Source: an uncultured Candidatus Saccharibacteria bacterium
GTDB taxonomy: Bacteria; Patescibacteriota; Minisyncoccia; Phycocordibacterales; UBA918
NCBI GenBank assembly: GCA_964350735.1
Contig: CAYGKO010000001.1
Location: 310,578 to 374,577 of the forward strand
Length of the DNA stretch: 64,000 nucleotides
Direction: 5' to 3'
Shown here: positions 1 to 10,471 of the stretch, one piece after another
Layout of the letters: the number at the start of each line of letters is the position of its first letter
How positions within the stretch are numbered: the first letter of the stretch is position 1
Position numbers and translations under genes: made by a program
Notes under the pieces: model-generated
Seen by the model: only the letters and a program-made list of their open reading frames with translations
Databases searched by the model: none
Told to the model about the DNA's origin: nothing

Positions 1-1930
1 GCCAGTCGGGCCAGGTAATTTCTGGAACAACGTACTTTCAACGGTACTGCTTTTGGTGATGGTGACAGCTGTCTATACTTATTATGTAGAAGGACAGGAC
101 ACCCCAGAGGAACTCACACTATCGCAGGTAGCTGAGCAGCTGAAAGCGGGAGAAGTGTCAGAGATTATTGTACGAGGGACAACACTTGAAGTGAACTACA
201 CTGACGAGACGCGAAATAGTGGGGAAGCTAAGAAAGAAACTGATTCATCTATTACTGAAACCTTGGTAAATCTAGGAGTAACGACTGAACAAGTTTCTTC
301 AATTGCACTGGACGTACAAAACCCTACTGGTTTTGGGTATTGGGCTGGTAACTTAGCACCGTTCTTATTCCCACTATTATTCCTTGGAATTATTATTTGG
401 TTCTTCACTCGTTCAGTGAAGGGAGCCGGGATGCAGGCACTTAACTTTGGTAACAGCAAGGCGCGCATGATCGATCCTGATGACACCGCCAACAAAGTTA
501 CCTTCAAAGATGTAGCGGGCGCCAAAGAAGCCAAGCAAGAACTGGAAGAGATAGTCGACTTTTTAAAGAATCCAAAGAAGTTTCTCGACATTGGAGCCGA
601 GATTCCGAAAGGAGTGATGATGATGGGTTCACCGGGTACGGGGAAGACGCTCTTGGCCCGAGCCGTAGCAGGGGAGGCCGGTGTGCCATTCTTCTCAATT
701 TCTGGATCAGAGTTCGTGGAGATGTTCGTGGGAGTGGGAGCGTCACGAGTTCGCGACCTATTCCAGATGGCAAAGAAGAATGCTCCAGCGATTATCTTCG
801 TTGATGAAATCGATGCGGTCGGACGTGCTCGTGGTAGTGGTATTGGGGGAGGGAACGACGAGCGTGAACAAACACTCAACCAGATTTTGGTGGAGATGGA
901 CGGTTTTGAACCAAATGCCAAAGTGATCGTGATGGCAGCTACCAACCGACCTGACGTACTCGATCCAGCGTTGTTGCGACCAGGACGATTTGACCGACGA
1001 GTGACCATCGACTTACCTGACCGTGATGATCGCGAAAAAATCTTGCAGGTCCACTCTCGTAAGAAGCCATTGCAAGAAGATGTTGACTTGGCTTTGATTG
1101 CTAAACGAACACCCGGATTCTCTGGAGCTGACCTGCAATCACTGATGAACGAAGGAGCAATCCTCGCAGCTCGAGAGAAGCGCAAGAAGGTAGGACAGTT
1201 TGATCTGATTCGTTCAATCGAAAAGGTGATGCTTGGCCCAGAACGCAAAAGTCACGTGCTTTCAAAGAAAGAGCGGGAAGTCACTGCCTACCATGAGGTG
1301 GGGCACGCTCTAGTTGCATCGGTACTTCCATATGCTGACCCAGTCCAGAAAATTTCTATTATTTCGCGCGGACGAGCCGCTGGGTACACGCTGAAGCTAC
1401 CAGACGAAGATCGCAAGATGCATACCAAAAAAGAGTTCATAGACGATATAGCTATGACTTTGGGGGGATATGTGACCGAAGAGATGATTTTTGGAGATCT
1501 CACTACTGGTCCGAGTAATGACCTACAGGTGGTAGCCAATCTAGCTAGAGATATGGTCACCAAATACGGAATGAGTGACCTTGGTCCGATCGCCTTAGAA
1601 GGCACAGGAGGACGTATGATTGGTGGCGGTGAGAGTATTGATCGGGGCTTTAGCCCGCAGATCGCAAAAGCAATTGATGACGAAGTGGCTAAGCTGATTG
1701 AAAACGGTAAAGAAACAGCTCGAGAAATTCTGACTACTCATAAAGCTGCCCTAGAGTCTATCTCTAAGAAATTGATGGAAGTAGAGACCTTAGAGCGAGA
1801 AGAGTACGAGACACTTCTCAAAGAAGCAGGAGTAGAGATTAAGGATGTCTACCGCGATGCGCGTGAGGCTGAAGAAAAACTAGCTGACCCCAGTAAGGTG
1901 GCAGAAGGGGAAACGAAGGTTAGCGCTTAG
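1..1930 (+). CDS. ftsH: ATP-dependent zinc metalloprotease FtsH. The reading frame is open to the window edge; upstream codons encode the N-terminal TM helix, so the gene is 5'-partial.
   Basis: Walker A GSPGTGKT, Walker [10 protein letters not shown], the AAA second region of homology and the zinc-binding HEVGHAL motif are present. There is no in-frame stop between position 2 and the ORF-track start at 53. Confidence 0.9.
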   Translation, partial: PVGPGNFWNNVLSTVLLLVMVTAVYTYYVEGQDTPEELTLSQVAEQLKAGEVSEIIVRGTTLEVNYTDETRNSGEAKKETDSSITETLVNLGVTTEQVSSIALDVQNPTGFGYWAGNLAPFLFPLLFLGIIIWFFTRSVKGAGMQALNFGNSKARMIDPDDTANKVTFKDVAGAKEAKQELEEIVDFLKNPKKFLDIGAEIPKGVMMMGSPGTGKTLLARAVAGEAGVPFFSISGSEFVEMFVGVGASRVRDLFQMAKKNAPAIIFVDEIDAVGRARGSGIGGGNDEREQTLNQILVEMDGFEPNAKVIVMAATNRPDVLDPALLRPGRFDRRVTIDLPDRDDREKILQVHSRKKPLQEDVDLALIAKRTPGFSGADLQSLMNEGAILAAREKRKKVGQFDLIRSIEKVMLGPERKSHVLSKKEREVTAYHEVGHALVASVLPYADPVQKISIISRGRAAGYTLKLPDEDRKMHTKKEFIDDIAMTLGGYVTEEMIFGDLTTGPSNDLQVVANLARDMVTKYGMSDLGPIALEGTGGRMIGGGESIDRGFSPQIAKAIDDEVAKLIENGKETAREILTTHKAALESISKKLMEVETLEREEYETLLKEAGVEIKDVYRDAREAEEKLADPSKVAEGETKVSA

Positions 1931-1987
1931 TTTTCCACAGTCAGGTGAGACAAGATAGCAGGAATGCTATATAAATTAGGTATTGGA

Positions 1988-2018
1988 GGCCGGCCCCTAG
2001 CGGAGCCGGCCTTTCTTG
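1988..2018 (+). terminator. Rho-independent terminator after ftsH
   Basis: GC-rich hairpin ggccggcccctagcggagccggcc followed by tttctt. Confidence 0.6.
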
Positions 2019-2047
2019 TGTATTAAAATCTTATTAAATTATTTATC

Positions 2048-5000
2048 ATGACATCAAACACATTCTCATTTACTTCATTAGCACGAATGCTTCTTATGGC
2101 TATAGGCGCATTCGTGTTCATGATGTTTATCACTGCACAATCAGTTAGTGCGCAGTCGTTGGGAGGAGATTTAGAAGGCGGGAGTAACGATCGCTCATTT
2201 AGTATTGGAGACTTAGTAGAGACAACAGACATACTAAAGGTGCGGAATGGTCTCGGGGCTTATCTTGGAACTCAACCAGCTCTTGCCATCGGGAAGATAT
2301 TGAGTGGTCCGCGGACTGCTGGTGAGTTTGCCTACTGGGAAATAGATTTTAACTCGGGCTTTGATGGCTGGAGTGCAGCTCCATGGCTCCGTGAAGTTTC
2401 CGATAATAATGCAGGATTGCAAGACCAGATCAGGATGCTCTTGGCCATGATTGCATCAATGCAAGCTCAGCGTGCTGGAGGCGATGACCCAATTGAAAAC
2501 ATGGGAGTTACACAAAATGGTGTCTTTATGAATATAGATGCCCATGACTTCGATAGCGATCATTCAGCCGGCCAAGAAGATGTCGGAATTATTGAAATTG
2601 ATATCGAAGCACAAGATAGTGATATTGTGATCGAAGATGTATTCATCAAGCTTACACAACTTACAAGAGGATTAGGATTTGATGACTTCGAGAGTTTTGG
2701 TCTTTGGTATGAAGGAAACAAGATCGCTGAAGTTGATTCTTCAAAATTTTCCAATGGTGTGCTCCGTATCCCATTGGTAAACACAGTTGAAGTAGAAGTG
2801 GGCGAAGAAATTGAATTAATTGTTGCGGCATCAATAGCTAATGCCGCACCATCTGGTACCTGGGAGATTGCAGTAACAAATCTTTCCTACTTAGACTTAG
2901 AAGCAAGAGGTACAGATAGTATCGGTAATGACGATGATCGGGTTCGCTTTATGGTTCGAGGAGAAGGGACAGACAGTCTTGTTGTGCGATCATCAGCTGA
3001 TGATCCTGACGCAACCACCTTCCAAATTGAAACAGACGATGTTTCAGATGATTTCATGGTGTTCGCTTTCGATCTAGAGACTGAGGATAACGAAGATGAT
3101 GTCGAGCTATTCCAAATCATTTTGGACGTAGATCTCTATAATGTAAAAGACGGTACTGTGGCTGAGGATGTGATTCATGACGCCGCTCTTATTATTGACG
3201 GCGAACGAATTGATTCAGATCTGCAGTTTACTAACCGAGGGCAACTACTATTGTTCACTGATCTCGAATATTATCTCGATGAAGATGACTCAGTAACAGT
3301 TGAAGTTGAAGTCAGATTTGAATCAGCAAACGAGGCTGAGGGAATAGGCTTTGATATTAGTACTGAGCAAATTCTAGCGGTTACAGATGACGGTGGTGGT
3401 ACACAGATTACGGCTGAAGGGTCAGCGCAGGGAGAAAAGCATGCGCTTCGCAGTGAAGGTATTATCACCGAACTTGTGTCAGTTGATGAAGAATTGATTG
3501 AAAATAGTGATGCAACGTCAAGTGATGATGAAGGGCAGTTCATTATTGAGTTTGATGTGACCGCGTTTGAGTCAGACATCTACATCAATCCAACCACACG
3601 GCATGATGGCGGTGGTGGTCAAGGGACTGAAGGTTTCACCTTCAACTTACGCAACTCAAACTTTATTGAAGGAGCTGAGGGAGCAAGCATAGCAAGTATT
3701 AGTTCAACAGCTGGTAGAGAGCGCAGTGGGCGGTATCGAATTGATGAGGGTGAAACTGAAGGATTTGAGCTAGTGGTACGTTACACTCCTGAAGAATCTG
3801 GTTCCTACCAGATGCAGCTCTTCAGCATCAATTACAACACAGTAGATGCCAATCCAAATCGACACGTTCGTCCTCAGGATGCAGAAGACTTTGAAACAGA
3901 TTTCTTAGTAATTGATGGTTCAGGAGTCTCTACAGACCCAAACAATAATCCATCAGTTGATGTGGAGCTCATACGTACATCTAGAAGTATTCGTGAGAAT
4001 AGTGACGCAACAGAGACTGACGATGAAGGAGTATTTGAAATTACATTTGAAGTTACTGCAGACGATGGCGATGTGTTCGTAAATCAAATTCCAAGTCATG
4101 TCAGCATTCCGAACCGTAGTGACGATGAACTGATAGTGTTCATAGAAAAATCTGGTCGTCGAACTAGTAACTACGACTCTCTTGCTCTAACGCTCGAGTC
4201 TTCAGCCGAACAAAATGGAGAGTATTACGAGGTGCAAGAAGGAGAGACTGAAACATTTACCGTGACCATAGAACTTGAGCCAAAAGAATCAGGTATCTAT
4301 CGAGTAGGGATAACTTCACCATTTGTGTTTAGCAATGATGACGGTAATGGCGATACACTGGAGTCAAGAATTTCAGAATCAACATTCCGAACTGGCTACC
4401 TGGTCATTAATGGTGGTCCGGATGAGGTATTGGAAACAACGGGTACCTATCAGGTATACATTGATGGAAAACTAGCGGTTACTGCTCGAAACACTACTCG
4501 TGAGTACGCAACCAACAGCTGTAAGTCAGCTGCGAAAGATTCTGCTAAATCATATCGGTGTACTTGGAATGGAATTGAAGTGTATAAAACTGAAGCTGAG
4601 TCTGTGAGTACACAAGCTGTACCGACCTTGGTTATGCAACAACGAGTAAACGGCAGTCGTGCATCAGATCGTGATGTGACGGTTAACGAAGGTGATGACC
4701 TTAATTTGTATTGGAAGACCACTGGTGCTACATCTTGTACGTTCTCTACTAAGTCAAATACTAAAGATCGATTTAACGGCTGGGACGGTGACAGAGATTC
4801 AACAATTAATGGAGACGACACTACTGTCGGTATCCCTGACCCCGGAAAAACTGATAATTACGGAATTGTCTGTCGAGGTCCTGGGGGATCAGTTGGAGAT
4901 TCAATTAATGTAACAACACGAGCAACAGAGACTGAGGTTGAGAAAGGAACCTACCAAGGATACGTCGATGGACGACTGTTCATCACTACTCGAGATATAG

Positions 5001-6046
5001 AACGAAGTTACGCCATTGATAACTGTAAACTGAATGCTTCTAAGAATCCTACTAAGTCATACCGGTGTACCTGGAATAATACCGAAGTATATAAAGTCGA
5101 TGCAACTGAAGTCAAAAATGAGGTTGTAGAAGTAGCTACACCAGTAGTTGCTGGTCCTATCCCAGTTCCTGCTCGACCATCACATGCTTGTAGTGCCGAC
5201 GGTAAAACATTGACCATGAACTGGCGAGCGCCTGCTGGCTACGACACCTTCTACTTCCGTATGCAGGATAACAAGACAGGGGCGCGCATTAACTGGGATG
5301 AAAACCTTCAGGCAACTACAAAAAAAGTTAGTGTAACTCCGGGTCAGTCCTACACGTGGTGGGTGCATACCAAGCGAACGAGTGATAGTAAATGGAGTAC
5401 TTCAGTTAAGGAAGAAAATATTGTGTGTGACGCGCCAGTAGTTGCCGCTCCTACTGTCGCTAAAGGAACCTACCTTGGCTACCTCGACAATCGTCAGTTT
5501 ATCCGTACAGCAAGCATTACAGAAGCAGATGCCTTAGCAAACTGTAAATTGAATGCTCGTAATAACCCAACCAAGGCAGTTCGGTGTACGTGGAATGGTG
5601 GAGAGATTTATAAAGCAGAAGGAGAAAAAGTAGCTACACCAGTAGCTGTTAAGGCACAATCAGATTCATCGCTACCAAAACCAAACCAACCAATGCATTT
5701 TTGTAGAAATGATAATACTCGAATGGTTATGCGATGGGATGCGCCAGCGGGATCCGATAATTTCTACTTCCGGATGCGCGACAGTGCGACTAAAACAAGA
5801 ATGAATTGGGAAGAGAAATATTCACGAAAATCAATCGGTGTCGATGTAACACCAGGAGTAAAATATGATTGGTGGGTACATGTGCGTGATGACGCTACAG
5901 GAAACTGGAGTAACCACGTTGGGGAATATGGTATCTCCTGCGGAGGCTCAGTACTAGGTGCTTCAGTTTCTGTAGACGAAGTACGGGCCGAAATTAAAGA
6001 ACGATTAACAGAGATTAAAGATCGACTAGAAGTGTTGCAAAGATAG
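2048..6046 (+). CDS. Large secreted, highly acidic repeat protein (1332 aa), possibly surface-associated. It has three ~55-aa Cys-pair repeats and two ~90-aa W/Y-rich repeats in the C-terminal third.
   Basis: The N-terminal signal peptide reads MTSNTFSFTSLARMLLMAIGAFVFMMFITAQSVSAQS. The N-terminal two-thirds is D/E-rich. The repeats include GTYQ(V/G)Y(I/V)DG...NCK...YRCTWN and RWxAPAGxDxFYFRM...WWVH. Confidence 0.55.
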   Translation: MTSNTFSFTSLARMLLMAIGAFVFMMFITAQSVSAQSLGGDLEGGSNDRSFSIGDLVETTDILKVRNGLGAYLGTQPALAIGKILSGPRTAGEFAYWEIDFNSGFDGWSAAPWLREVSDNNAGLQDQIRMLLAMIASMQAQRAGGDDPIENMGVTQNGVFMNIDAHDFDSDHSAGQEDVGIIEIDIEAQDSDIVIEDVFIKLTQLTRGLGFDDFESFGLWYEGNKIAEVDSSKFSNGVLRIPLVNTVEVEVGEEIELIVAASIANAAPSGTWEIAVTNLSYLDLEARGTDSIGNDDDRVRFMVRGEGTDSLVVRSSADDPDATTFQIETDDVSDDFMVFAFDLETEDNEDDVELFQIILDVDLYNVKDGTVAEDVIHDAALIIDGERIDSDLQFTNRGQLLLFTDLEYYLDEDDSVTVEVEVRFESANEAEGIGFDISTEQILAVTDDGGGTQITAEGSAQGEKHALRSEGIITELVSVDEELIENSDATSSDDEGQFIIEFDVTAFESDIYINPTTRHDGGGGQGTEGFTFNLRNSNFIEGAEGASIASISSTAGRERSGRYRIDEGETEGFELVVRYTPEESGSYQMQLFSINYNTVDANPNRHVRPQDAEDFETDFLVIDGSGVSTDPNNNPSVDVELIRTSRSIRENSDATETDDEGVFEITFEVTADDGDVFVNQIPSHVSIPNRSDDELIVFIEKSGRRTSNYDSLALTLESSAEQNGEYYEVQEGETETFTVTIELEPKESGIYRVGITSPFVFSNDDGNGDTLESRISESTFRTGYLVINGGPDEVLETTGTYQVYIDGKLAVTARNTTREYATNSCKSAAKDSAKSYRCTWNGIEVYKTEAESVSTQAVPTLVMQQRVNGSRASDRDVTVNEGDDLNLYWKTTGATSCTFSTKSNTKDRFNGWDGDRDSTINGDDTTVGIPDPGKTDNYGIVCRGPGGSVGDSINVTTRATETEVEKGTYQGYVDGRLFITTRDIERSYAIDNCKLNASKNPTKSYRCTWNNTEVYKVDATEVKNEVVEVATPVVAGPIPVPARPSHACSADGKTLTMNWRAPAGYDTFYFRMQDNKTGARINWDENLQATTKKVSVTPGQSYTWWVHTKRTSDSKWSTSVKEENIVCDAPVVAAPTVAKGTYLGYLDNRQFIRTASITEADALANCKLNARNNPTKAVRCTWNGGEIYKAEGEKVATPVAVKAQSDSSLPKPNQPMHFCRNDNTRMVMRWDAPAGSDNFYFRMRDSATKTRMNWEEKYSRKSIGVDVTPGVKYDWWVHVRDDATGNWSNHVGEYGISCGGSVLGASVSVDEVRAEIKERLTEIKDRLEVLQR

Positions 6047-6061
6047 AAAAAGAGAAGTAAC

Positions 6062-6094
6062 AAAAAAGCCGACCCGAAAGGGTCGGCTTTTTTG
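6062..6094. terminator. Bidirectional rho-independent terminator between convergent genes
   Basis: aaaaaagccgacccgaaagggtcggcttttttg, a perfect hairpin flanked by A- and T-runs. Confidence 0.75.
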
Positions 6095-6101
6095 TTTCAA
6101 G

Positions 6102-6791
6102 CTACAGTGTTTCAACATCAACAATCAGTCCATCTTCAAGGTGAAAGATCCGATCACATCCGAGTGCGTACTCTCGTTCGTGGGTCACCATGACGATGGT
6201 TTGTTTGGTGGTTTGGTTAAGCTCGGTCAGTAGGTCGATGACCTGGCGACTGGAAGCAGAGTCGAGATTGGCGGTTGGTTCATCAGCAAAAATAATCTTT
6301 GGTTTACTCGCTACCGCTCGAGCAATTGCCACACGCTGCTGTTCTCCACCAGATAGTTCAGAGGGGAGGTTAGGGTACTTGCCAGCTAAGCCAACCGCGT
6401 CCATGGCTGTATCAGCGGTAGCAGCAGCATCATCCCAGCTATGTCCCCGCATTAACAGTGGCATCATGATGTTTTCTCGGGCTGAGAGGTCGGGAACAAG
6501 CGCGTAGTCTTGAAACACATACCCCAAGGTATTGAGCCGGAACTTAGTACGAGCTCGCTCATCCAAAGTGGTTATGTCGGTCCCGTTAATGGTAATGGTT
6601 CCACTAGTTGGTTCATCAAGGGCCGAGAGTTGGTACATCAGAGTTGATTTACCGGCGCCTGAGCGGCCCATGATAGCTACAAACTCACCAGTGTGCACCA
6701 TAATGTCGATGCCATGCAGTACCTTCGTAATGAGGTCACCGGTGCCGAACTGACGGTGGATATTGGTTCCGTTGATGATGGGGATTGTCAT
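6102..6791 (-). CDS. ABC transporter ATP-binding protein (MacB/LolD-type)
   Basis: Walker A GRSGAGKST, ABC signature LSGGEQQRVAIARA, Walker B IIFADEPT. Confidence 0.85.
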   Translation of the reverse strand: MTIPIINGTNIHRQFGTGDLITKVLHGIDIMVHTGEFVAIMGRSGAGKSTLMYQLSALDEPTSGTITINGTDITTLDERARTKFRLNTLGYVFQDYALVPDLSARENIMMPLLMRGHSWDDAAATADTAMDAVGLAGKYPNLPSELSGGEQQRVAIARAVASKPKIIFADEPTANLDSASSRQVIDLLTELNQTTKQTIVMVTHEREYALGCDRIFHLEDGLIVDVETL

Positions 6792-6800
6792 AGTAATAGT

Positions 6801-8048
6801 TTATTTCCGACCGAGGATCGAGTTAAGGGTATTCTGCCTCGCAATCATCCAGGCTGGCAAGAGTCCTGCGATTAGGGTAATAACAAACAGCACTAAAAAT
6901 CGAATAAAAGTTTCATACGGGTCAGCAACTAGAATCCCATCACTGAAGGGGAATTGGATTGGATTGCGATCAAAGTATGGGATGAGCACTAGGTAGGTCA
7001 GGAGCGCCCCCAGTAATGAGCCAGCCAGGGCGTAGAAGGCGGCTTGGATTACATATGCCAGTTCAATCGCACGCCGCTCGATGCCAATCCCCTTGAGGAT
7101 ACCAATATGCCGCCGCCGAGAAAGGGCGTTAATAAAGATTATGATAAAGATGGTGATAGAAGCTACTACGATGCCAATCGAGCCGATCATGGTACCGAGT
7201 AGATTAAAAGTGTTTTTAATATCAATCAAAAACTTGGGTAGACTTTCTTGGAAGGTTTGAATCTTGGCAAACTCGTCAAGACCATTTGCGACGAGGGATG
7301 CTTTCACTGCATCTCCAGAAGCGCCTGGGGTAATCCGGATAGCAATCTGATCAGCATTGCGGTCTAAGCGGCCGAACAGTCGACGAAATTCGCGTTCCGG
7401 GATGTAGCTATTGAGAGAGACCTCGTCTACTTTTGATTGGACAATGCCTTTAATAATAAATTCTTTGCTGACGGTACCCTTAGTCAAACGCACCGTGTCA
7501 CCAGGAGCAACGTTACTGACTGTTTCAAAAATATCACCAAAGTTCTGAGCGTACTCTTCCGTGTAGAGTGCGCCAAGGAGAATATACCCCTCTTCATTTG
7601 GATCTAGAAATTCTCCCGCGATCACATCTTCCGATAAGTTTGTCATCTGGTCTTCTGCAATAGGGTCAATGCCAGTTACAGTGATATTAGCGATATCTCG
7701 TTCACCAGTTAAGTCACGCCGTTCTTTGTAGTTTGCTTCGAGCACCCCGCCATCTTTATAGCGTACCGAGTACTCAGTGATTTCAGGAAAGGCTTCTAGT
7801 TCCCGTAGGATAGCCTGGGTTTCTACGATTCTGTCTTCGTCGTCGCGAGCAGTGATAATGATGTCGCCTAGTGAGCTTTCTTGGATAGCACGCTCAGACC
7901 CTTCGATCAGGCCTACTAAAATTCCTGATACTGCGATCAGGTTAAGGAAGGTGAGCATCATCACAAATATGATCAGACCAGTCGTCCAGATACCGGCGCG
8001 CTGGATTTGTCGTAGGCCAAGCAGTAAGCCAATGCGAACACTTTTCAT
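6801..8048 (-). CDS. ABC transporter permease, FtsX/MacB-like, with a large periplasmic domain and C-terminal TM bundle
   Basis: Operonic with the ATPase. It has N- and C-terminal TM segments with the typical MacB-type permease layout. Confidence 0.75.
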   Translation of the reverse strand: MKSVRIGLLLGLRQIQRAGIWTTGLIIFVMMLTFLNLIAVSGILVGLIEGSERAIQESSLGDIIITARDDEDRIVETQAILRELEAFPEITEYSVRYKDGGVLEANYKERRDLTGERDIANITVTGIDPIAEDQMTNLSEDVIAGEFLDPNEEGYILLGALYTEEYAQNFGDIFETVSNVAPGDTVRLTKGTVSKEFIIKGIVQSKVDEVSLNSYIPEREFRRLFGRLDRNADQIAIRITPGASGDAVKASLVANGLDEFAKIQTFQESLPKFLIDIKNTFNLLGTMIGSIGIVVASITIFIIIFINALSRRRHIGILKGIGIERRAIELAYVIQAAFYALAGSLLGALLTYLVLIPYFDRNPIQFPFSDGILVADPYETFIRFLVLFVITLIAGLLPAWMIARQNTLNSILGRK

Positions 8049-8054
8049 GGCGCA

Positions 8055-9560
8055 CTAAGGGGCAATTACTTCGGTTCCTTCTGATAAGCCGATTACTTCT
8101 GTATAGCCATCGTTACCACTAAAACCAATTTCTATTTCAGTAGTAACAGGACGTTGTTTGGCAGGAAGCAAAACGGACGAAAGTCCATCTGCTGTTGTTA
8201 TGAAGCGCTTAGACAGCCGCAGTACGTCAGTTCGGCTGTCAACAATAATATTTACGTCAGCGTTGAGGCCTGAGCGTAGCCAGGCGGGAGTGTCATTGAA
8301 AGTAATCATTGCCTCGAAGTACGCTACCCCATCGATCTCAGTCGCGAGGGGAGAAATAAAATCAACCGTTCCATATACCAAAGTATCGCTTTGGGCATCA
8401 AACAAAATTTCAGCGTTCTGGCCAGTGATTATCTTTGTGACGTCAATTTCGGGTATTCGCACCGCGAGCTCAAACCCGTCATTTGCGAGTAGGGTAATGA
8501 CCGGTGTATTCGGAGCAGTCTCACCGGGAAGGATATCAATGTTGGTGATTGTGCCTGCAAACGGAGCGACAATAGAGCGATCCGCCAGTTCGGCATCGAT
8601 AACAGCAATTCTGGCCTGAGCTTGGGTGATTGCTGCGTCAGCCCGAGTGATTTCTTCGGTCCGGGGAGCGGCATTAGCAAGCGTCGCTTCATTTGAGGCG
8701 AGAGCAGAGGCATTGAGGGCAGCTTCAATTGCATTCTTGCGTTGGGTCACTGCTAGTTCGTAGGCGTTTTTGTTTGTAATGTACTGGCTGCTACGGGTGT
8801 TGGGTACAGCAATAGTCCAGCTTGATAGATTATATTTTTCGCCAGCTGTAAATTGTAGGAACAAACCACATGTGCCAAATGCACCAGCCGTCTCAGTGAA
8901 GGCGTTGTAGGTGCCACTTTCAAGACCTGATACGCGGTAGGAAAAGCCAGTGTTTGCATTTGATCGGTAGACATCAACAATGTACGTGCCCTCGGTGTCG
9001 CAGGTGTAGGTGCCACTAACTGTAGGCGGTGCTGCATCTTCACGAATATCATCAGTGAGCGCTCCAAGATCACTGGAGAGTAGTGTTTGTCGAGCATTAA
9101 TGACGCGTTCATTTTGTTCAGCTGTTACTTGGCTTAGGGTTGATTGAGTGTTGGCAACAGTAGTATCGGTGACAGTACGTGCCTCACCGCGGGGGCCGGC
9201 GACCAGCTCTGCTTTGTCAGCTTGGGCACGGCGAAGCGCGGCGACCGCATCATTTCGTTCGGCCACAAGACGCGCAGAAGCCAGGGTCGCAAGCACATCT
9301 CCGGCCGCAACCACATCGCCTTCATCCACAAATACTTCAGTCACGATTCCGGTTACAGGGAAGGCCAGCTGAGCCGTGTTTTGTGCTTCGACTACTCCAG
9401 ATACTGCTACGACTTCAGTAATATCTCCGCGCGTAACGGTAGTAGTGATGTACTCAACCTGCTTTTCACTAAAGACACTAGTCAGTAGCCAAAGCGCAGT
9501 TAGGATAAGTCCAGCCGCACCAGCAATGTACCAAGAACGTGATTGGAGAATGATCCGCAT
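8055..9560 (-). CDS. Efflux periplasmic adaptor, HlyD/MacA family, with an inserted Cys-containing beta-rich domain
   Basis: N-terminal TM anchor, coiled-coil/lipoyl-type segments (VSGVVEAQN..., RAQAD..., AELAD...), and a C-terminal beta-barrel. It is operonic with the ABC permease and ATPase. Confidence 0.65.
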   Translation of the reverse strand: MRIILQSRSWYIAGAAGLILTALWLLTSVFSEKQVEYITTTVTRGDITEVVAVSGVVEAQNTAQLAFPVTGIVTEVFVDEGDVVAAGDVLATLASARLVAERNDAVAALRRAQADKAELVAGPRGEARTVTDTTVANTQSTLSQVTAEQNERVINARQTLLSSDLGALTDDIREDAAPPTVSGTYTCDTEGTYIVDVYRSNANTGFSYRVSGLESGTYNAFTETAGAFGTCGLFLQFTAGEKYNLSSWTIAVPNTRSSQYITNKNAYELAVTQRKNAIEAALNASALASNEATLANAAPRTEEITRADAAITQAQARIAVIDAELADRSIVAPFAGTITNIDILPGETAPNTPVITLLANDGFELAVRIPEIDVTKIITGQNAEILFDAQSDTLVYGTVDFISPLATEIDGVAYFEAMITFNDTPAWLRSGLNADVNIIVDSRTDVLRLSKRFITTADGLSSVLLPAKQRPVTTEIEIGFSGNDGYTEVIGLSEGTEVIAP

Positions 9561-9616
9561 TGGTTTTAGTATACCAAGTCAAAAACCAATCTTATTTTAT
9601 ACAGATGAATAACTTG

Positions 9617-9689
9617 TCCGCCCGCTTGGACTTGAACCAAGAACCACGAAGGTATAAGCTTCGCGCTCTACCGATTGAGCTACAGGCGG
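9617..9689 (-). tRNA. tRNA with a UAU anticodon (putative Ile, codon AUA); CCA not encoded
   Basis: Cloverleaf read on the minus strand. Acceptor CCGCCTG/CGGGCGG with one U-G pair, D arm GCTC-AATCGGTA-GAGC, anticodon arm CGAAG-CTTATAC-CTTCG, T arm CTTGG-TTCAAGT-CCAAG, discriminator A. Confidence 0.6.
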
Positions 9690-9858
9690 ATATAAGGAGC
9701 AAAGCACAAAAGTGTACTTTTGTAGTTTGTCCGATTGTCTTGCCTGTATGGTTTCCCATACAGGCGGATATTCGGTGCTGAAACTATACCGTGGTTTGAG
9801 AGTATGTTCAATTATATGATTTCGGTTTTTGTAGTCTTCAAAATTGTATAGTCAATTC

Positions 9859-10410
9859 TTAGCGAAGGATTGTAAACAATGTGATATCAATAATGTATTT
9901 AAACAAAATATAAGAAGTGAGCTGGAATTCTAGGCTGTAAGAAGTGTCCAAGAAATTAAAAAACAACGCTAACAAAGCTAATCCGGCTGCGAGTATGCCG
10001 AATATATATCCAGTACGAGTAATAAATGATTGTTGAAGTTTTTTCGAAAGATGGTGGCTGGTGAGGAGGTATGTATGCGCTAGTAGGGTGCTTGCAAATG
10101 GTGTTAACAGCGCAGCCGCTTGGAGACCACCGTTTTTGATCCCTTCAATAAAATTTGGTAATAATAATACAAACACACTACTCGCTATCACGATGCCAGC
10201 ATACGTGACACCTATGAGTATATTCCGATCAGATTGCAGATGCTGCTGCAGTTGCAAAACAGCGTAGAGCATCATAATAGTGATCTCAAAAGCGAAAAAA
10301 CATATTGCAACTGATATAGGTAAGTTAAAGTAATAAACAGCGATGACACTCAGTGAGGTGTTGAGCCACAATCGTGGTAAATAACTTATAAGTGGTGGCA
10401 AATAATTCAT
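9859..10410 (-). CDS. Hypothetical multi-pass membrane protein
   Basis: 183-aa ORF dominated by hydrophobic helices. No recognisable motif. Confidence 0.35.
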   Translation of the reverse strand: MNYLPPLISYLPRLWLNTSLSVIAVYYFNLPISVAICFFAFEITIMMLYAVLQLQQHLQSDRNILIGVTYAGIVIASSVFVLLLPNFIEGIKNGGLQAAALLTPFASTLLAHTYLLTSHHLSKKLQQSFITRTGYIFGILAAGLALLALFFNFLDTSYSLEFQLTSYILFKYIIDITLFTILR

Positions 10411-10471
10411 ATCTGCATTGTAGCAGCTATTAAAAATGCAGCGTCTCGACCATATTGGATAATTTTGGAGA

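Noticed and set aside
196-1605. Long antisense ORFs (196-1248 -, 504-773 -, 1288-1605 -) inside ftsH
   Set aside because: They lie entirely within a well-supported conserved gene on the opposite strand. Their composition is Ser/Arg/Pro-rich, typical of shadow ORFs from GC-rich third positions.
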